DNA of 64,000 bases from Paraphysomonas bandaiensis (lineage: Eukaryota; Protista; Chrysophyceae), in NCBI GenBank assembly GCA_965644295.1, contig CBFFRP010000355.1, positions 1-64,000 on the forward strand, written 5' to 3'. The stretch's first letter is position 1. Each line of letters begins with the position of its first letter. A program made the position numbers and the translations under genes. This document shows positions 1 to 10,928 of the stretch, piece by piece. Below the pieces are notes generated by a model. The model made no database searches, was not told the origin of the DNA, and was given only the letters and a program-made list of their open reading frames with translations.

Positions 1-689
1 AAGAGTATGGTTCTTTTCAGTCGTAAAATCACATATCTATAGCTCTGCACTCAACGCAATCGCACTGTGCTGTAGCCTTGTTTATGTGAAAAATGAAATG
101 ATCACGCAGGATGTCTTGTGCGTGTAATGTGCTTATTATTGCTTCGAATAGCACTTGTGTTGCATATTTAAAGAATCTTTTCACTCTTAACCAGTTCTGA
201 GTTGACATATCTTTAGAATGAATTTTTCCAGCTAGTGTTTGAGCACAAGCGCGAACAGTTGTCATTTAGGCTACCTTGAATAACATTTTGAATAGTTCAA
301 TCCATCTTTCTGAGGAATCGGTTCCTATACTATTTTCTATTTGAATGACATTACCATTAACGGTAACCAGGCCCTGCCGTATAGCATAGCTAAAATATTG
401 ATTGGTTGACCTCACCCTCTTGTTTCTGTTTCTGACCACTCTCTATTTTCTTTCTTTATACTCATACCTTATACTCATATTTATACCTATGCGCTACACG
501 AATAGAGTATCATTATTAGGTGATATTGACTGTAAATAACAAAAATTAATGTACAATGCTTATATTATAAATTATAATGGATATCACTTCTCATTCATTG
601 TCATACGCCGAATTCATGTTATCTCAACTACCAATATTTCTCATACGACCTTATATAGAAAAGATCATGTACAGTAGATATATTTTAGT

Positions 690-970
690 CAGCATCATAG
701 ACCAATGCCTAATGCTTGTGTGGTACAAGAGGGACATTAATAAGTCACCTGTATAGACGTCTTTGGCTCTTGACGCATGAACAGACATTCGGGGTATTGG
801 GCTGCCTGCTGAAGTCAAGCATCCGGGCTGTTCTAACCTTAAGGGTAGAAGTGAAAGTAGTTGCACCTTAAGTCCTTGTACGGATGATGCACAAGCAGCT
901 TTCGCAGCGTTAAATAGTAGGGTACCAGAGTTAAGCACTAGTTAGTTAAATTGCAATGCTAAATTTAATC
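690..970 (+). repeat. Dispersed repeat family R, copy 1 (orientation defined by the 20601-27810 copy)
   Basis: Shares ctgctgaagtcaagcatccggg...gttgcacctt...gatgcacaagcagc blocks with 20601-20790/27530-27810 and 29440-29630; boundaries approximate. Confidence 0.75.
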
Positions 971-1000
971 TGCTGAATATATATTTAGTTTAAGTTTACC

Positions 1001-1455
1001 TATCTAGAGCTAAACTCTGATATCCCACTATTTTGCGTTACAAAAGCTGCTTGTGCATCACCACAAGCACCGAGGTGCAACCACTGTTGCTCTATCACTC
1101 ATAGAAAACGCAGTGAGCAAGCAGAATGTTGATATACCTGACATATGCTGACTTCAGGGTTTTGAGTCCTTAAGGTGAAACAGCCCGGATGCTTGACTTC
1201 AGCAGGCAGCTCAATACCCCGGATACCCTTAGGTGGGCCCATTCCCGGATGCTTGACTTCAGCCGACAGCCCAATACCCCGGATGCCTGTTTATTCTTCA
1301 AACCCAACGACGTCTACACAAGTACTTGGCTATGAGTAGGCGAGAAAATTATCTACTGACTATATATGTGACTCATTTAGTTTCCCGGAGAAACATCTTT
1401 GGTACTTATCCCCCAGAACACCATGAAAATGTGCAAGTTCGATTTATTGAGGGGG
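1001..1455 (-). repeat. Dispersed repeat family R, copy 2, inverted relative to copy 1 (tail-to-tail), with an internal ~55-bp duplication
   Basis: Reverse complement of copy 1 motifs (cccggatgcttgacttcagc occurs twice); colinear with 13270-13670. Confidence 0.75.
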
Positions 1456-1493
1456 AAAAAGCATATTCAACTAGAAAACAATTCATAAGAATA

Positions 1494-1787
1494 TGTTGAG
1501 AAACGCTCATTTTACACTAGATCACAGAGAGAATTTGTCGTAAGACTAGATAGATTTATTAATATCGTTTACACGAAGTTGTGATAACCAACACTAACTC
1601 ATTATAATCCCTGCATAATATCCTACATATGCGAACCTCTCGTTACTGAACATATCTTGAACGATCAAACTATTTCAGTTTCTCAATATCATCACAGCAT
1701 TTGTACATCACTATATTTCACTGTATTCTCGTACATTGTCTTGAAGTGACATACTGAATATACTAGAATAAGATCCATATTCTAATA
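1494..1787 (-). repeat. 3' LTR of copia family 1 (5'-TATTAG...TCAACA-3')
   Basis: Matches 7276-7330 + 12318-12556 with one visible substitution (cacgaag vs cacaaag); also matches the solo LTR at 57210. Confidence 0.93.
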
Positions 1788-1799
1788 CTCCCACTCAAC
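1788..1799 (-). promoter_or_regulatory. Polypurine tract of copia family 1
   Basis: Minus-strand TTGAGTGGGAG directly abuts the 3' LTR, a typical copia PPT. Confidence 0.8.
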
Positions 1800-1953
1800 G
1801 TAGAATGCAGTGAGATAAAACAACAGTGATCACAATAATCTGATAATGCTATGACTATCTAGTCCCATAGGTAAAAACAGATGTGAAATCTTTTAAAGAT
1901 ACATATATATCTAGCAGTCAACTAGATATACAGTTATGTGGGATTTTCACCCA

Positions 1954-4900
1954 CTAAAACACACCTTTAACCTCTTCGGGGTCGTTTCTTCTGCTGCTCC
2001 TCCACACTGTTAGACACACTCCTCTTAACCCCGGTAATCGTTTTCTCATGACGGCTGAAGATCTTCGTGGACAACGCCTTGTAAAAATATCGGCCGCCAT
2101 ATCATCCGTAGATACATGAATCAATTTTTGCTGTAGGAAATTTGCCATTAACATGTTCTCTTATCCAGTGATACTTGATGTCAATATGCTTCGACCTCTT
2201 ATGATACACTGGATTCTCTGAAAGATCCTTTGCACTCTTACTATCCATAAAGAATGGAGTCGGCTTCGCTACCAAGAGTCCGAGCTCCTTGAGACACCCC
2301 CCGAAGCTCCCACCAGTTCTTGCAAAGCCGCATGCTCACGCCATATACTCAGATTCCATGCTCGGAAGTCGCAACTGTGGTCACGAGAGCTTGGACTGCC
2401 AGGCCAAAGCGCCCGGCACGATAAAAGCAACGATGTATCCCGTTGTGGACCGCCTCAGTCATCCTATCACCAGCCCAGTCTGAATCACTGAATACATGTA
2501 AATCAAACTCACTCCCACTGAATCTGATGCCCTTATCAACTGTACCACGTAAATATTTCAACAAATGAATAGCTAATCTGCAAGTCGCATATGTTGGAGA
2601 AGTACTAAATCGAGCCAATAACCCCACAGCATAAGCCAGATCAGGTCTAGTGTGAATTGCCAAATGCAATACCGCTCCAATAATTCCTCTATACGGAAAT
2701 GATTCGACCCACTGCTTCTGCTCCTCCGTCAGCTCACGTTGCTCTGCCAACAAATCCTGAACATTGGTAGGTAGTGGAGTCTCCTTATTCTTACTGCTCT
2801 TCCCCATAAACGAATCCTCGAATTTTTACAATATTCTTGGCATATTCCGATTGATCTAACATGTACCAGTCCTCTCCTCTCGTGATTCTGATATTCAGAA
2901 ACCGTTTGCACACACCCAGATCGTGCATTTCAAACGTTTCGCAGAACCTACGTTTAACACTTTCTAAGTAGGTGAGATCAGCAGATGCAATGATAATATC
3001 ATCAACATATATCAGCAATAAGTGCAATTGACCATTACTCCATCGCATATACAAGCATGTATCTAAAATGCAGAAAAATGTAACGATTTGATAAACTTGT
3101 CAATATGCTTGTTCCACTGCCTCGGTGATGACCCAAACCACATAAGGCCTTAGATCAATTGAAAACACCACCCCGCTGGCAACTCTTCATCAGGTGGAGG
3201 TGCCATATACACATCCTCTTCAAGATCGGCATAACAAAACGCTGATGATACATCCAACTGATGTACATGCATATGGAACATAAACGCAATCGCGAGGACC
3301 AGTCGAATGGTTATTCCTTTGACCACTGGAGCAAACGTGGACTGCCCTCTCTCCATGCGCCAGGATTCTCTAATGCAACCAGCCGCGCCTTATACTTGAC
3401 TACGCCCCCAAGGTCTCTCTTCACCGTGTGAACATACTTTGCTCGCACCGCAACTTTCACCTTCGTGGAGTCCGCACAATCTTTAAGAGACGTCTCTTCA
3501 GTAGTGAGGTCTTCTCCACCTTCCGAGAGCTTCTCTCCGCCTCATGTACTGTGGACTCCTCGCTTCAGCATAGGAGTCTGCGTCTTAAAATCATCGTGTT
3601 GAAACTCTGCATGTTTAAAGTTAACAGTGCATGCATCTGGGCACCTCAACTACATTTATTTCTCCTAACACCGATGCGTTCGCCAACCTACGCTGTAGCT
3701 GTTTCCGCCGTACACGACCATCACCATCTAGTTCAATAGGTCGTTCAGTAGTTATATACGAACCCATACCTTGCTCATCCTGAGCCCGGCACCCGCGGTG
3801 TGGGAGGAGCCCTGCTCGCATCCCTGCGGATCTGCACCTGGCCGAGGTCTGCAACCTCACGACTGTCTGCTTAGCTGTTGGGTCAGGACTTCCTGGAACC
3901 CTCCAGGTCTTCCCTGGTCCAGCTCCTGGCTGGCGTAGTACTCAGGGCGTCCCCTTTCTATGTACCCGGTATTCCCGGGGGTTTCGCAGTCATACGCACC
4001 ACGTTCGACGTGTAGTGCACCGTGCTCTATATGCTCGCGACCTGCAGTAACAAGTGAACGGTAAGTGCTGTCAACTCACACCCCTTACGTTCTACAACTC
4101 CTTGCTGTCTTATACAGAAGTCCGTCCTCATCATCAATACGATACGTTCCTTCTAAGCTGGCATAGTCGGATGCAAGCTTGGGTCTAGCGGCCTCCCGCA
4201 CTCGAAGAGCATCAATCTCTGCAAAATACTTCTCTGATCTGTGATGGCGTTGACTCATCAGTCAATATATGGACTGTAGTCACCACCTTGTTTGATTCAG
4301 GAAGATATACATGGTATCCTACCTTCTCATCAGAGTAACCCATTAAATATCCAACTAGAGCCCATCCCCTCCCAACTTTTTCGTCGATCTGCCTTCGGTG
4401 CATAAACATAAGTCTGACACCCCCATACCCTAAGATATCTCAAATTTGAGTGGCTCGCCCGTTAGAAACTCTATAGGAGACATATACCCTTTATCTGTTT
4501 TCGTTGGCAATCGAATCAAAACATATCTGGCTGCCATGTATGCATCCAGCCAAAATTGCGGTGGCAGTCCAGATTGGATTAGCATTGGCAAGAGTCATCT
4601 CTCCATGGGCTCTGAACTCTCTCCTCTGGCATTCATTTCTGGAGAGTCTGTTGAGCTCCACGTATGTTGATAGCACTCCTGTGTCCTAAGATACTGGACG
4701 CAGCTCTTCACTGATGATCTTTGCACCATCTGCATGATAGTTGCTCCATCTGAGCTTGCATCTTTAAATATCTCCCTTAAATAGCTCTTTGAAGACTTCT
4801 AAGACCGCTTCCCCAGTTCTGTGGACTAAACCTGTCGCCCAGAACATTTTGCTGGCATGATGCGTTATCTTTAACACATACTCCTCACCTCCTCTAGCAG

Positions 4901-5603
4901 GACAATTTAAGTACACTGCGACATTCGCTGAAAAATCTGGTTCAACGGAATCTTTGTCCCTGTTCGAAGCTGACCTGGGTTATCTTAGACCTGGCACACA
5001 CATCACACAAACACTGATTTTTGTGTACCTTGGCTGTGAGGTGTTTTCGTTTCAACCCTGTACCCATGATGAGCATCCTTATGTGCCTCCACTGAAGCAT
5101 GTTTGTTGAAGTGACCTGCTCTCTCCGATGCAGCAACTCCAGCTCGTCCTCACCAGTCCTATCGCTAAGATTTACTTCACAATTACTCGGTGTAGACACA
5201 TCTGGAAGCTCCAACAGCTGCTGAGTTGGAACTGCTGTCATGCCATTCTTCATGGGTACCTCCAGTACTAGCTCACCCGTATTACAACTTACATATTTGG
5301 ATGCATATCAAATGCGGAGTCTATATCCCATTTCGTTCAGCTTGGTTGTCCTGGGAGCACAGGCATCGATTGATCTGACCTTGAATTAAATGTCTCTCCA
5401 TGCTCCACGGGAAACTCACACTTGTGATATGAATCTGATCCCTTCTTAGAGCCGTTGATCACCTTGGATGATCTACAAGGAGGTCAAGCATGGTCACATC
5501 ATTCATCAAGAACATTGATGATGAACAGCAGGTGCTTCATTACATGTATAATGCATGTCATCATTTTACACTACATATATTCGTTTCATGTATATTGCAT
5601 GAC
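1954..5603 (-). pseudogene. Frameshifted copia pol (protease, GAG-pre-integrase, integrase, RT, RNase H)
   Basis: Fragments TFAPVVK...HQLDVSSAF, LLIYVDDIII, TRPDLAYAVG, FSDSDWAG, MAADIFT, CDVCARSK and GYLMGYS in several frames. Confidence 0.92.
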
Positions 5604-6180
5604 AAAAATTTTTTGAATAGAATAAATATTTTTGATAAATTATTTTGAAAAAATATTTTGAATAGAATAAATATTTTTGATAAATTATTTTGAAAAAATA
5701 TTTTGAATAGAAACTGGCATTATGGCACTGGATTTTTATAACATAACCATCACTGTTACAACACCACCATCATCATCACTGTTACAACACCACCATCATC
5801 ATCATCACTGTTACAACACCACCATCATCATCACCACCACAACTGGCATTATGGCACTGGCTTTTTATAACATAAACTATATAATAAATTTTATTTTATA
5901 ACTTTTTCTAATTTTCATAAAAGCCAAAATGCCAGAAAGCCAAAATGCCAAAACTATATTTTTATTTTATTATAAGATAATTATTTAATATTATATAAAG
6001 TAATTAATTTTTATTTAAAGTATAGTATTATTAATATTATTATATAAGATAATTATTATATTTAAAGATAGAGAGAAAAGGAAAGAGTAATAAAACGAAG
6101 TTTTATTACGATACGAGAGCCCTTCTGGCTCAGGAAGAATGCCTAAGCGGCTTAGAGCGACCCCTCGGCCCTTCCGCCTT
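5604..6180. other. Unclassified ~577-bp AT-rich insertion with tandem repeats and a terminal hairpin cluster, interrupting gag-pol
   Basis: Removing it joins cacacaga|gtcatgc (…ANMIEHTE|SCNIH…), roughly colinear with the family-2 gag-PR junction; composition differs sharply from the flanks. Confidence 0.7.
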
Positions 6181-7292
6181 TCTGTGTGTTCGATCATATT
6201 AGCTTCATCTTCATCAGAGAAATCTGCTGGTTCTCCACGCCGTATATTCTCTACTGTCAGCAACCGTTTGTCCGGCTTCCTACCATGATTCTTCCCTTTC
6301 TCTCCTCTTCTAGAATGCTTTTTCTTCGTCGTTGGACAATCAGCAGCAAGATGTTCCAGAGACTTGCAATTTCTGCATCCCGTGTACTCCGCACTTCCAG
6401 GACGCTGCCCTGATATCTCTCCATCCTTCTTCCTCTGCTTCCTCCTGCACTGTTCAGTTGAATGGCTATGAGGAATTCCTTCTTTCCTGCAATATCTACA
6501 GTTGCCCTTCTTACGCTTATCCCGTTCCGTTCGAGACCGTTTGCTCTTTTCAATGAAATTCAGCTCCTCCACCTTCTTGCGTTTCCGCTCTAACGCAATC
6601 CTTCCAGGAATGGTATCATCATACCGTTCTATCTTCCTTGATAATGTTGCATAATCAACATCATCAGGCATCAAATACAAAGCAACATTCAGAGGAGCAT
6701 ATTCTTCATTCAACAGACCTTCTCGTAACCGTGTTATTTTTGAGAGCTCCGATATGTCCTGCTGCTGCTCCTGTAGCTCTTTCAGCAGTATTTCAAACCG
6801 TATTATATAGTCCTTCGCAGTCTCCTCCGGACGCATACGGAAAGATCCATACTGAGTCAACAGCTCACTGATCTTGTTTTGCTTCCCTCCAGCAAAGCAC
6901 TTCTTCAACTCATCAATCATAATATGCGCCTTAAACCTGTTGCTTCCTTTTCCATCAGCCTTGAACCCTTTATGTAGAAGATGGAATTTCTGAAGCGCCT
7001 TCGAAGATGTTTGCACTGCCTCTCTGCAGTACGAATACGCTATGGCATTCGCCTTCCAGTACTTCTTCACAGCCTGTCTGTAAGACTTCTCCTCCATTAA
7101 CGTGAGTGGCTGTTCCCCAAAGTCGCTTTCCTTCGGTGGTGGCTCCACCGCTACTTCACTTTGCTCTTTCCTCATGAGGAATGTTTCGAAGTCCTCAATC
7201 CATTGTTCAACATTGCTCTCATTAAACTGTGGCACTACTCCTCTATCCTCCTTCTCTCCTCCTCGCTCGCTACCATGTTGAGAAACGCTCAT
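6181..7292 (-). CDS. gag: copia Gag with two zinc knuckles (ORF reads on into the insertion to 6015)
   Basis: CRYC-x8-H-x4-C and CRNC-x4-H-x4-C; clearly homologous to the 34404-35582 Gag. Confidence 0.88.
7266..7275 (-). promoter_or_regulatory. Primer-binding site, probably initiator tRNA-Met
   Basis: TGGTAGCGAG immediately after the 5' LTR; the first 8 nt equal the yeast Ty1 PBS (TGGTAGCGCC). Confidence 0.8.
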
Positions 7293-8440
7293 TTTACACT
7301 AGATCACAGAGAGAATTTGTCGTAAGACTACAGTTCGTTCACTCATAACTAACTGCTCCTAATATCAGCAAGTATATTTCTAGAACTAGACATAGGTCTT
7401 AAAAAGTAAGCATATGCACTGAAAGCTTATGTCACAAAGGTATATGAGACATAGTTTTAGCTTCTACCTACTAGCCGTTTTACTATACCGTTAAGATAAG
7501 TGAAAGTGAACAGTACAAAATTCGTGAATTTTACACTTACAAAATATGGCCCTAATCCATATCACCATTTCTGTGAATAGTGAAGTGTACAGCCACCTCA
7601 GATGGGTTCTGTATATTTCCATATCTTTTTCAGACATAAACTTAGGGTTATTTGCTAGTATATTCTCTCTAATGTCATCGTCAGGTACAGTTACATTGTC
7701 ATACATACCACCCAACAAATTATCCTGTCTGAGCCAGATATTCATACAATCATGCGCATGTCTAACCAAAGAATCACACTTAATGGTTACAGAATGCTTT
7801 TTGAAGAAGTCTTGTATCCACTTCATGTCTCTACCAGAAAAGTACCTTCGTCCAATGCTATTTTTGATGTTTGCCCAGTAGAGTTCTATCGGTTGGAAAT
7901 TACACATGTAAGGTGGGGTAAATATCACCTCCCAACCAAGCTCTGCAAAGCGACATTCTACCCACAAGTCAGCAAGTCGCGAGGCTTGTAATCAGCTAGA
8001 ATGTCGTGAACAGCCTCTTGAAGCTCCCTGAGAGATGGACCTGCTGGAGAATTTGGAAACCCTCCATGCCTAGGCACTTCAAACTGAAGCAGCGTGCCAT
8101 TCCTGTTGACAGTAATACGGGACCCCCTAGGCAGACACTTGCGCAAATGCAGCGTACACTCACTCTTGCTGAGACGATGTGGGTTAATCATGCCTCCCAT
8201 ATGGTAGGGGGCATTGTCCAATACTAGTATGCAAGGGGTACGAGGATACTTTCTCTTCCATGTTGGAACAAAACAACAGTTAATCCATTTCTGAAACGAC
8301 TCGAAATTCATGGCAGTGTGGTAGTCTCCTGATTTTGTATAGAGGAAGGACCACAACGTCGACCATAATTTACCTTTTTCATTCTCTAATTGCCAATGAA
8401 TTGCACCACATCAGAAGTAATTGCATCGACAATTATCAAA

Positions 8441-10928
8441 AAGTAAACATTATGCAAACGTGGGAATTTTACGATATTTTGGGAAATTTAGGAGTATTTA
8501 CAGTATTTAAGTAGAAATGTTAAAGAAACAATTCTATTGGTGGTATTAGGGTTAGAGACAACAAAAAATATTAATTTTATTATAATTTTAAGTCTCATAG
8601 GATGTAACAGAAGCACCCTGCCTGAGCATACTAAAATATTCACTCAGCTAACACACGTAGCAGTAGTATGACTGTACAACATATAAACACTGTGTAACCA
8701 ATACACGTCATACACTATCTCTCGATACACCCTGCCTGAGCATACTAAAATATTCACTCAGCTAACACACGTAGCAGTAGTATGACTCTACAACATATAG
8801 ACACTGTGTAACCAATACACGTCATACACTATCTCTCGGTGCACCCTGCCTGAGCATACTATATTCACTCAGCTAACACACGTAGCAGTAGTATGACTGT
8901 ACAACATATACCCATCACACAACAAATACACGAGATGCACTATTGTCTCTCAGTAAAACATGAGCCTCTTGCATGCACTCGGCTCAACGAGAGAATATAA
9001 GTGTAGCATAACCATATACAACATACCCATCACACAACCAATACACGTCATACACTATCTCTCGGTGCACCCTGCCTGAGCATAACACACGTAGAAGAAG
9101 TATGGCAGTACAACATACCCATCACACAACCAATACACGTCATACACTATCTCTCGGTGCACCCTGCCTGAGCATACTATATTCACTCAGCTAACACACG
9201 TAGCAGCAGTATTACTGTACAACATATACCCATTACACGTGATGCACTATTGTCTCCCAGTACAACATGAGCCTCTCCCCCGAACTCGGCTCAACGAGAG
9301 AATATAAGTGTAGCATAACCATATACAACATACCCATCACACAACCAATACACGTCATATACACTATCTCTCGGTGCACCCTGCCTGAGCATACTATATT
9401 CACTCAGCTAACACACGTAGCAGCAGTATTACTGTACAACATATACCCATTACAAGTGATGCACTATTGTCTCTCAGTACAACATGAGCCTCTCCCACGA
9501 ACTCGGCTGAACGAGAGAAGATAAGTGTAGCATAACAATATACAACATACCCATCACACAACCAATACACGTCATGCACTATTGCCTCTCAGTACAAAAT
9601 GAGCCTCTTGCACGCACTCGCTTCAACGAGAGAATATAAGTGTAACATGACATATATATACAACATACCCATCACACAACCAAAAGTGCCTGAGCGCAAA
9701 CTATATTCACTCAGCTAACACACGTAGCAGCAGTAATACTGTACAACATATACCCATCACACAACAAATACACGTCATACACTATTGTCTCTCAGTACAA
9801 AATGAGCCTCTTGCATGCACTCGGCTCAACGAGAGAATATAAGTGTAGCATACCAATATACAACATACCCATCACACAACCAATAATACACGCCATACAC
9901 TATCTCTCGATGTACCCTGTCTGAGCATACTATATTCACTCAGCTAACACACGCAGCAGCAGTATAACTGTACAACATAATATACCCATCACACAAGCAA
10001 TACACGTCATACACTATTGACTCTCAGTACAAGATGAGCATAGAGCAGTCTATTAGCTCAACAAGAGATCACACGTGTACTTTACGCAGGGGGTAAGAAG
10101 CAATGCGGCCTGATCACGTTTAGACTCCTGCTCGCTAATATATGGCTGACCGATCTACGATACAGGCGCAACAAAGCAGTGTATTAGGACAGTGTCAATC
10201 ATAAGTATTGACATAATATTGACATGCACGTCATACACTACAGGTACAGTGGGAATGTACAGCTATATGCGGTTTTGCCATTAATCTAGAAAACTGGCTC
10301 ACGTACAGTGATGCGAGGGCCGTCGTCTTACACTCTAACCCAGCACAAGGCTGAGCAGAGAAGCGCGTCTTAATTGCCAGCAACAAAACTCTCGTTAAGT
10401 GCTGACAAATCCCCGTTTAGGGAGGTGCCTTTATATCTCATATCCGTGTTACCGGAGAGAAGACCTGCACCCCACTGCGCCCCCAAGACCCACTTATACC
10501 ATTCAACTCACATCAGTGCGCACAGTGTTGATCAGACACATGTGAACAGAGAGTGTGAGTTGGTAGCATGCGACACACGCAACAGACCACTTCACGCCTG
10601 AAAACTAACCTGATTAATAGTGAACAACCTTCTTCTGCTGGAGATGAGACCCCTTATCAGAGGAGTCTGTGCTATGATGGTATCATGTATGTATGTCATG
10701 TGCTATGTGTGTGTGTGCTGATCTGTGCACAAGAATTCAAATAACCTCCTCACACATACATACACCTCTATGCGCATAGAGTACTACTCGTACAAACGAA
10801 TACATATACAGTACAGCAGTATAGTATAGTACAATATACCGGTATACGAGAAATACTCCTCAAATACTCCTCAAATACTCCTAAAAACGTGGGAAAAAAA
10901 AAATCCCACGATTGCATAATGTTTACTT
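8441..10928. mobile_element. Non-autonomous TIR element inserted in the transposase
   Basis: TIRs AAGTAAACATTATGCAA(A/T)CGTGGGA; AAA duplicated on both flanks; removal restores GDRLIIVDA; subterminal AGGAGTATTT motifs at both ends. Confidence 0.88.
8613..10075. repeat. Tandem satellite, ~14 units of ~100-115 bp, two monomer types
   Basis: Type A (ccctgcctgagcatactatattcactcagctaacacacgtagcag) and type B (atgagcctcttgcatgcactcggctcaacgagagaatataag) share the anchor acaaccaatacacgtcatacactat. Confidence 0.9.

Noticed and set aside
29-265. 78-aa minus-strand ORF at the window edge
   Set aside because: No recognisable motif; cannot be supported without flanking sequence.
8613-10075. CRISPR-like array
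   Set aside because: The sequences between anchors recur rather than being unique spacers; no cas genes; eukaryotic context.
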